Part shown: positions 23,855-29,519 of the stretch, in pieces | How positions within the stretch are numbered: position 1 is the stretch's first letter | How the letters are laid out: each line of letters begins with the position of its first letter | Source: a virus | Lineage: Duplodnaviria > Caudoviricetes | Reading direction: 5' to 3' (one strand) | Virus record (IMG/VR): IMGVR_UViG_3300017653_000217 | Coordinates: 1 to 29,519 of that record | DNA: 29,519 bases | The notes under the pieces: model-generated | Seen by the model: only the letters and a program-made list of their open reading frames with translations | Databases searched by the model: none | What the model was told of the DNA's origin: nothing | Program-made: the position numbers and the translations under genes

Positions 23855-24556
23855 TTAAGAAACCTTTCTAGGAATCCAGTTCTCTATGTAACGAAGAGCT
23901 GACTGCAGCTCTTTTCGCTTGATGTCCTTGTAACTGGCGACTGCGAACCGATCTTTGATTTCACGATAGATTTCTCTGAACAGCCTTGGTCTTTGAGTTG
24001 GGTTAGTTTCTAATTCATAGACTCGACTGGCAACACCCTTTTGTAGGCGCCGCTGTTCTCCGTGGTCCAGAGTGATTTGTTCATCTACTTTGTGTTCAAT
24101 TTCTAGAATCTTTTTGCCGTATTGCCAGATGGTGCTTTTAAGTTCTTCATGACCTTCCACTAGATCAGCTGTTGTGCGAAGAACAGTTACTAGTGCTTTG
24201 TCTTTAGATAGAGGAACAACATTCTCTTTAATGGTGTAATATTCATCGACTAATGTTTCGTAAGCGTTCCACGCTTCTTCTGTATTAAGCGATTTAGCGT
24301 GAAGCAATGCACCTTTTTCAGTCCAGAGATACAGCACAGATACAAATTTAAGCGACTCGTCAGATTGACGTAACCCTTTAAAATTCCTTAAATCATCTCC
24401 TGTAAGTGCGATAAAGTGTTTACCAGGTGAATATCTTTCTGTGTTTCTTTGGAAATTTCGGTTGATTACTTTACTAACGGTTCCATAGGCTTCAGCTAAC
24501 TGCTGAGTTGTTAATACGCGTTGACCATCTTGTATAACTGGTTGGATTTGATTCAT
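23855..24556 (-). CDS. Antirepressor-like protein (ORF6N + ORF6C domains)
   Basis: 'GQRVLTT.QLAE.YG......NF.RN..RY..GKHF', 'LYLWTEKGA..HAKSL.T..AW', 'F.VASYKDI'. Confidence 0.88.
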   Translation of the reverse strand: MNQIQPVIQDGQRVLTTQQLAEAYGTVSKVINRNFQRNTERYSPGKHFIALTGDDLRNFKGLRQSDESLKFVSVLYLWTEKGALLHAKSLNTEEAWNAYETLVDEYYTIKENVVPLSKDKALVTVLRTTADLVEGHEELKSTIWQYGKKILEIEHKVDEQITLDHGEQRRLQKGVASRVYELETNPTQRPRLFREIYREIKDRFAVASYKDIKRKELQSALRYIENWIPRKVS

Positions 24557-24747
24557 TACATAGCCTCCTTACAACTGTTAGATTCTTGGTCGTTCATCCA
24601 CGCGTCCAAAGTGTCTGTTTTAAAGAGAATTCTTCTCCTTACTCGGATATGTGGAATCTCTTTTTGCCTTACCATGGTGTAGATCGTGTCTATATGAACA
24701 CCGATGTAATCAGCTGCCTCTTGGGCAGTTATGGTTTTTCTTTGCAA
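24556..24747 (-). CDS. Excisionase-type HTH_17 DNA-binding protein
   Basis: 'TAQEAADYIGV...TIY.MVR..EIPHIRV.RRILF....LD.W'; TTG at 24747 is best spaced from AGGAGG. Confidence 0.85.
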   Translation of the reverse strand: MQRKTITAQEAADYIGVHIDTIYTMVRQKEIPHIRVRRRILFKTDTLDAWMNDQESNSCKEAM

Positions 24748-24752
24748 CTCTC

Positions 24753-24905
24753 TCACCTCCTTGGTTCGGTATTTTCTAGGAGATTAACGATTTCCATGAG
24801 TTTCTCGGTTACATCTTCATTCGTATAACCTTCGTTTAACATCACGGCTGACTCGAGAACTTTGAGTTTTATTTCAGCCCAGATAGCTTTCTCGGTGAGG
24901 TTCAT
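24753..24905 (-). CDS. Hypothetical 50-aa protein (not in ORF track)
   Basis: MNLTEKAIWAEIKLKVLESAVMLNEGYTNEDVTEKLMEIVNLLENTEPRR after an AAGGAGG RBS. Confidence 0.65.
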   Translation of the reverse strand: MNLTEKAIWAEIKLKVLESAVMLNEGYTNEDVTEKLMEIVNLLENTEPRR

Positions 24906-24916
24906 GATGGGCCTCC

Positions 24917-25144
24917 TTAGGCTGTGGTTTTATTCCACTTTACGTGGATATTTTCTTCAAAAAAAACTGAAGCTGACACCCCTAAAGATTTTGCGATAAT
25001 TTGTAATTCATCAGTATTAATTGGGCGTTTTCCGGATTCCTTCATGCTGTATCCAGAAACACTTATGTTTAACTCTTTTGCTATGAAGGTCTGGGAAACA
25101 CCTTTTGATTTTCGATAATTTCTTATTCTCTCATGAAGTTTCAT
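24917..25144 (-). CDS. Cro-like XRE repressor
   Basis: 75-aa XRE HTH divergent from the main repressor; first gene of the lytic operon. Confidence 0.88.
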   Translation of the reverse strand: MKLHERIRNYRKSKGVSQTFIAKELNISVSGYSMKESGKRPINTDELQIIAKSLGVSASVFFEENIHVKWNKTTA

Positions 25145-25161
25145 TTTTTCACCACCTATAT

Positions 25162-25262
25162 TCCACGTTTAGTGAAACTTTATATTTTGATTATATATTC
25201 ACGTAACGTGGAAGTCAATAACTATTTTAACTTTTCGTGGATTTTATTTAACGTAGCGTGAA
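25162..25262. promoter_or_regulatory. Four 15-bp palindromic operators of the genetic switch
   Basis: T(T/C)(C/A)AC-N5-GTG(G/A)A at 25162, 25198, 25227 and 25248; a fifth copy TCCAC-TTTAC-GTGGA at 24934-24948. Confidence 0.8.
25190..25218 (-). promoter_or_regulatory. Early lytic SigA promoter
   Basis: TTGACT-17 nt-TATAAT, with operator 25198-25212 in the spacer. Confidence 0.85.
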
Positions 25263-25275
25263 ATCTTGTTATGAT
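25247..25275 (+). promoter_or_regulatory. Repressor (lysogenic) promoter
   Basis: TTTAAC-17 nt-TATGAT with TG extension; overlapped by operator 25248-25262. Confidence 0.65.
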
Positions 25276-25310
25276 TATCTATGAAATAACAATGAATGGT
25301 AGGTAATTTT

Positions 25311-25730
25311 ATGAGCCTCGGTAAAAGGTTGAAATCAGAAAGAGAAAAAAGAAATTGGTCTCAAAAATATGTTGCTGATAAAGCTGGCATAACAAATACA
25401 GTTCTCTCGAATTATGAGCGTGATTATAGAGATCCTGACACCGAGACTCTCAAAAGACTTGCTGATCTATACGAAGTAGGAACTGATTATTTGTTAGGAC
25501 GGTCTATTAATAGTGATTTTTCAGCTAGAGACGAAAAAGATATAGCGAAACGAATGGAAGAAATTAAAAAAGACCTTACAAGCGAAGATGGTCTGCTTTT
25601 TAATGGAGAACCGATGAGCGAAGAGGCAGTTGAATCCTTCCTTGAAGCAATGGAGTACGCTGTACGCCAAACACAAAGGATAAATAAGAAATACATTCCT
25701 AAGAAATATAGAGAAAAAGACAGCGAATAG
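25311..25730 (+). CDS. Prophage repressor, ImmR-like XRE protein
   Basis: XRE HTH 'LSNYER..RDPD...L..LAD.Y.V..DYLLGR' and C-terminal 'KKYIPKKYR'; upstream of ImmA. Confidence 0.9.
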   Translation: MSLGKRLKSEREKRNWSQKYVADKAGITNTVLSNYERDYRDPDTETLKRLADLYEVGTDYLLGRSINSDFSARDEKDIAKRMEEIKKDLTSEDGLLFNGEPMSEEAVESFLEAMEYAVRQTQRINKKYIPKKYREKDSE

Positions 25731-25746
25731 GAATGAGGCGGTCAAT

Positions 25747-26181
25747 TTGAATTGGATTAAGCGAACTGTACAAGACCTAACAAATAAATATCAAACGAAT
25801 GATCCCTTTGAGTTATCAGAGATTAAAAACATCCAGGTAATCCCATGGGACTTGCATCCTGAAATTAAAGGTTTCTATAAATATGATAAAAGAAACAAGT
25901 ATATCTTTATTAATGATAATTTGGACGAGCCCTCACAACGGTTTGTTTGTGCTCATGAATTTGGGCACTCCCAATTACACCCGAGGGTTAATACCCCCTT
26001 TTTAAGGGGCAGCACTTTCTTTTCAGTGGATAAAATTGAAGTTGAAGCAAACACCTTTGCTGTTGAACTACTCCTTCAGGATCAGAGTCTTTATGAATAT
26101 CAAGATACTAGTCTATCAGTCTGTGAAATTGCTGAGATTTATGGTGTTCCAAAAGAAGTTAGTCATCTTAAAAATTTTTAG
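25747..26181 (+). CDS. ImmA/IrrE family metallopeptidase (anti-repressor)
   Basis: 'TNDPF', 'FVCAHEFGH' (HExxH), 'EVEANTFAVELL'. Confidence 0.92.
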   Translation: MNWIKRTVQDLTNKYQTNDPFELSEIKNIQVIPWDLHPEIKGFYKYDKRNKYIFINDNLDEPSQRFVCAHEFGHSQLHPRVNTPFLRGSTFFSVDKIEVEANTFAVELLLQDQSLYEYQDTSLSVCEIAEIYGVPKEVSHLKNF

Positions 26182-26302
26182 ACTCAATCTAGGTATTTTT
26201 TCACACGAAAATAGTATTAACTTCCTTTCGTGTTTTTATTTTTGGTGTTACTGGGTTTAGAACCCATATATACATAAATATAGAAAAAGGGAGTGTCAAA
26301 GA

Positions 26303-26980
26303 ATGAAGAAATTATTAACACTGATGGTACTGGGGTTGCTCAGTATTGCTTTAGTAGCTTGTGGATCAGACGCAACTGACATAAGCGGCGAAGAGGAAAA
26401 GCCAAAAGAAGAAACAACCGACACTGGTTCAACTGAAGAAAAAGAAGCAGAAGCGCCAAAAGAAGAAGAACCAAAAGAGGAAGAATCTTCAAGTGATGAA
26501 GATGTTCAGGAAGATGATCAACTAAAAGCGATCAATACATACACAAATAAGGAGCTTGGCATCGAAGGTACTTCTGGACCATTGAACTACACCATTAGTG
26601 GTATACAGTTAAAGAAGATTGAACCTAAAACAGAAGAAGCTGCAGCTTTGTTTGAAGCAGAAGTTGGCGATGAGGTTCATGGATTCACCATAAAAATGTC
26701 AGGTGAAAACACTTCTGAAGAAGATATGGAATTCTACCTTAGTCAAGCAACTGTTGTAACGAATACTAAAGAGCAATTAGAACCAGATATGCTTCTGTCG
26801 GAGTATATTGAAGGTGAATATTTAGGGCAGGTTCAACACGAAGGATACAATTTCTATATTTTGAAAAAATCTACTGTTGATGAGCTTCAAAGTATCGAGG
26901 TAAGAATTGATGCAGCACTAAACAGTAATTATGATACTGTTGGCGAAGATATTAAGCATACAATTGAAGTAAATAAGTAA
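26303..26980 (+). CDS. Acidic lipoprotein (candidate superinfection exclusion)
   Basis: Signal peptide II with lipobox LVAC, Glu/Lys-rich linker and a beta-rich C-domain; in the lysogeny module. Confidence 0.75.
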   Translation: MKKLLTLMVLGLLSIALVACGSDATDISGEEEKPKEETTDTGSTEEKEAEAPKEEEPKEEESSSDEDVQEDDQLKAINTYTNKELGIEGTSGPLNYTISGIQLKKIEPKTEEAAALFEAEVGDEVHGFTIKMSGENTSEEDMEFYLSQATVVTNTKEQLEPDMLLSEYIEGEYLGQVQHEGYNFYILKKSTVDELQSIEVRIDAALNSNYDTVGEDIKHTIEVNK

Positions 26981-27004
26981 AGCCCTTCTCTGGGCTTTTC
27001 TTTT
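26979..27004 (+). terminator. Intrinsic terminator after lipoprotein gene
   Basis: AAAGCCC-TTCTCT-GGGCTTT-TCTTTT. Confidence 0.7.
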
Positions 27005-27015
27005 CAACACAAAAC

Positions 27016-27029
27016 CGAACATACATTTC
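27016..27029. promoter_or_regulatory. Degenerate LexA (SOS) box-like site
   Basis: CGAAC-ATAC-ATTTC versus Bacillus consensus CGAAC-RNRY-GTTCG. Confidence 0.35.
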
Positions 27030-27045
27030 ATTGGAGGTAATGGAA

Positions 27046-28002
27046 ATGAAAGAGATAATTTATTTAGATACTGATTTAATGAATTCAATGTTAGCTCAAC
27101 TCGACAAAGGACTTATTAACAATTTCTCTCTTGAGGAATCTAACCAACAAGCTGAATCAGAAGGTAGCCAAAGTTCCAGAGGAAAAAATGCAGGTTTACG
27201 GGGATCTATTAATGTTAGTACTGGATTTTTACCCGGAGGGGGATTACGGCTTGATAGTAACTTAGGTAATAACGGTAGTGAAAGCACCACTGAATCTAGA
27301 ACAATATTAGAAGGACAAAAAGATATTCTAAATAAGGCTTTTCATGACTACGCATTAGAAGTATTAACGAACAAATTAGTAGAGCAGGATTACTTGAATC
27401 GTTCTGAGAATTTAAATGAAGGAGATATTTATTTAGGGGAAAGTACATATCGCTTTTATGATTTTAATCTAATTAATAATGCGATGGATTACGACTTCAT
27501 GAGAGATTTATTATTAACAGATGTGGAAAAGTTGGAATTCAACCTATCTGAAGCTAAAAAACTCTTAGAAAAAGCCACCCCCAGCGCCAAAGAGCGTCAA
27601 AAATTAGATATAGCATCAGCAGTTGTCGCTGCACATGAAAACGCAAATCCTATACTTGATGTTTTTGAAAAAATGAATATTATGGGGAAATTTGCTTCTA
27701 AGCTCCTTAATGATTTGGTTGTTATTAAGGCAGATAAAAATATTGGCCTTCTAAAAAAGAAGTATTTAAGGGAGTCATCGGAAGCTTTATCTTTTAGAAC
27801 AGATAATAGCCGCCAGGTCAAATACTTAGTAAGGGTAATTGGGAAAAAGGAGAAAATCTTCACTGGAGAAAACATTCAAATGTTAAAGGAAGATGATTTG
27901 GACATAATCCCCAATTTAATGGTTGATGTACTTTTAGGCTCATTCAAAATCATAAAAGAAGGTGACCTTATCGTCACACCAATAGCTATTTATTACGAAT
28001 AG
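27046..28002 (+). CDS. DUF6414-like hypothetical protein
   Basis: N-terminal 'IIYLD...NS.LAQL..G' and C-terminal 'PIAIY' motifs; ATG at 27046 after GGAGG. Confidence 0.6.
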   Translation: MKEIIYLDTDLMNSMLAQLDKGLINNFSLEESNQQAESEGSQSSRGKNAGLRGSINVSTGFLPGGGLRLDSNLGNNGSESTTESRTILEGQKDILNKAFHDYALEVLTNKLVEQDYLNRSENLNEGDIYLGESTYRFYDFNLINNAMDYDFMRDLLLTDVEKLEFNLSEAKKLLEKATPSAKERQKLDIASAVVAAHENANPILDVFEKMNIMGKFASKLLNDLVVIKADKNIGLLKKKYLRESSEALSFRTDNSRQVKYLVRVIGKKEKIFTGENIQMLKEDDLDIIPNLMVDVLLGSFKIIKEGDLIVTPIAIYYE

Positions 28003-28180
28003 AATCAAAAGAATTACTTCTCTTCTCCTTCATCTGGTTAAATCTTTCTGATTTTTGTTGAATGGAATGTCCTATGGATCTAGATTTTAATTTATTTCTT
28101 TTGGACATTTCTTCATACTCTTTGTTCAATATATCCATTTCAGTTTTGGTTCGTTTAAATAAATTGGTTAAAGGACTCAT
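27986..28180 (-). CDS. Small basic helical protein convergent with the DUF6414-like gene
   Basis: AAAGGAG RBS and upstream extended -10 (TGtTAAGAT); 3' ends overlap by 17 nt. Confidence 0.55.
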   Translation of the reverse strand: MSPLTNLFKRTKTEMDILNKEYEEMSKRNKLKSRSIGHSIQQKSERFNQMKEKRSNSFDSIRNK

Positions 28181-28308
28181 GAGTTTGTCTCCTTTACTTT
28201 TATTACTCTATTTTAATCTTAACACGGTATATGTTATTCAAAAAAGTTAAAGTTTTCCACAATTTATTTACCCCTATTTTATATAGGTTTTATTTTTTTG
28301 ACAAAAAC

Positions 28309-28322
28309 AGAACATACATTCT
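28309..28322. promoter_or_regulatory. LexA (SOS) box-like site upstream of integrase
   Basis: AGAAC-ATAC-ATTCT, one mismatch from the GAAC-N4-GTTC core. Confidence 0.45.
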
Positions 28323-28340
28323 TGTAAGGAGTGAATAAAA

Positions 28341-29519
28341 ATGGCAAGTATCGAAAAAAGAGGAAAAAACAGTTATAGATTAACTATTGTCATTGGTTAT
28401 GATGCAAAAGGAAATCCAATAAGAGAGAGGAAAAACGTAAAAGCCAAAAACCCAACAGAGGCTAAAAAGCTATTAACGTTATTTGAAGCAGAGATTTTAA
28501 ACGGTCAATATATGCAAGTTGAAGAGAAAATGACTTTATCTGTTTTTTATCAAGATGAATGGATTGAAAAATACGCCAATGAGAATTTAACTCCTGACAC
28601 CAGGCAAAACTATATAAATATCATTAATAAACGAATACTACCAACCTATGGTCATATGAAACTTGCAGATATAAAACCAATGCATATTGTAAATTTTGTG
28701 AATGACTTAAAGAAAAGCGGAAAACGTTTGGATGGTAAGGAAGGTCCCCTATCAGCTTCATCAATTAGCAATTGTTATCGAGCATTCAATAATCTCTTAT
28801 CACGGGCTGCTGAATGGAAGTTGATCAAAGAAAATCCTGCTAAGTCAATCAAAACACCGAAGGTAAAGCCGAAAAAGTCTGATGTTTATTCAAAAGATGA
28901 GCTATCAGAACTACTTTTGTATTTAGAAGAAAAACCTTATCACTGGAAGGTCCTAATCCTGTTAGCGATATCCACAGGTGCCCGGGAAGGTGAGATTGCA
29001 GCGTTAGAGTGGAAACATATTGACTTTGAGAAGAGTACAGTTTATATAGAGCAATCCCTTACAGAGGTTGTCGGAGAAGGAGTAAAGCTTAAATCAACAA
29101 AGAACGAGCGCTGCCGTTCTGTATCTCTCCCCTCCTCTTTACTTGGAATGCTCAAGAAATTAAAGGTGCAACGGACACATGAGAAGCTCCTGGTTGGGGA
29201 TATGAAAGAATGGCCTAATCATTTTTTCATTTTCGCTAATGAATTCGGAAAGCCCATCCGTCCGGATAGTATCAGTCAGTGGTGGAGTCGTTTCATCGAA
29301 AAGCATAAATTAAAGAAGATTCGCTTCCATGACTTGAGACATACCTCTGCTACACTACTTATAAACGAAGGCGTACACGCAAAAGTTATAAGTGAGCGAT
29401 TAGGGCATGCAGACATTTCGACTACGATGAATATTTATGGTCATGTACTTGCCGAAGCTGATCAGACAGCTGCAAGTCATTTCGATACTTTTTTCGGTAA
29501 AAAAGCATCTGAAAAATAG
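28341..29519 (+). CDS. int: Tyrosine integrase
   Basis: Arm-binding N-terminus and catalytic motifs 'TGAREGE', 'HDLRH', 'LGH' and 'TTMNIYGH'. Confidence 0.96.
   Translation: MASIEKRGKNSYRLTIVIGYDAKGNPIRERKNVKAKNPTEAKKLLTLFEAEILNGQYMQVEEKMTLSVFYQDEWIEKYANENLTPDTRQNYINIINKRILPTYGHMKLADIKPMHIVNFVNDLKKSGKRLDGKEGPLSASSISNCYRAFNNLLSRAAEWKLIKENPAKSIKTPKVKPKKSDVYSKDELSELLLYLEEKPYHWKVLILLAISTGAREGEIAALEWKHIDFEKSTVYIEQSLTEVVGEGVKLKSTKNERCRSVSLPSSLLGMLKKLKVQRTHEKLLVGDMKEWPNHFFIFANEFGKPIRPDSISQWWSRFIEKHKLKKIRFHDLRHTSATLLINEGVHAKVISERLGHADISTTMNIYGHVLAEADQTAASHFDTFFGKKASEK

Larger units (their letters stand above)
1..29519. mobile_element. Temperate siphoprophage of a Bacillaceae host (partial: integrase to Dit)
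   Basis: Ordered lysogeny, replication, packaging, head and tail modules fill the window. Confidence 0.97.

Noticed and set aside
29400-29519. Attachment site (att)
   Set aside because: The window ends at the integrase stop codon, so the att core and host junction cannot be seen.

Overview
The window is the integrase-to-tail part of a temperate Bacillaceae siphoprophage. Almost all lytic genes are on the minus strand. Right to left: tyrosine integrase; lysogenic accessory genes (a DUF6414-like protein with a convergent small ORF, and an acidic lipoprotein); an ImmA/ImmR/Cro switch with five 15-bp palindromic operators; an early operon syntenic with the B. subtilis skin element (excisionase, ORF6N antirepressor, YqaH/YqaI-like, YqaJ, RecT, a DnaD replisome organiser with 11-bp iterons, MazG-like, DUF1064, XtrA/YqaO); a Spo0E-like moron; an inserted AT-rich toxin plus XRE-ImmA pair (spr1630/spr1629, RosmerTA-like); an ArpU/RinA-type late activator; terminases; and SPP1/80alpha-like head and tail genes up to the distal tail protein. 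The most unusual signals are: (1) a phage-encoded, internally shortened Prp cysteine protease whose two likely substrates (scaffold and capsid) carry NIKQF instead of the host-type NLQFF motif; (2) four short promoter-RNA-terminator units antisense to the early operon, two apparently duplicated and next to a hairpin with a C-rich loop; (3) a DnaJ-type zinc finger on the portal C-terminus. Family names come from motif recognition and synteny, not database searches.
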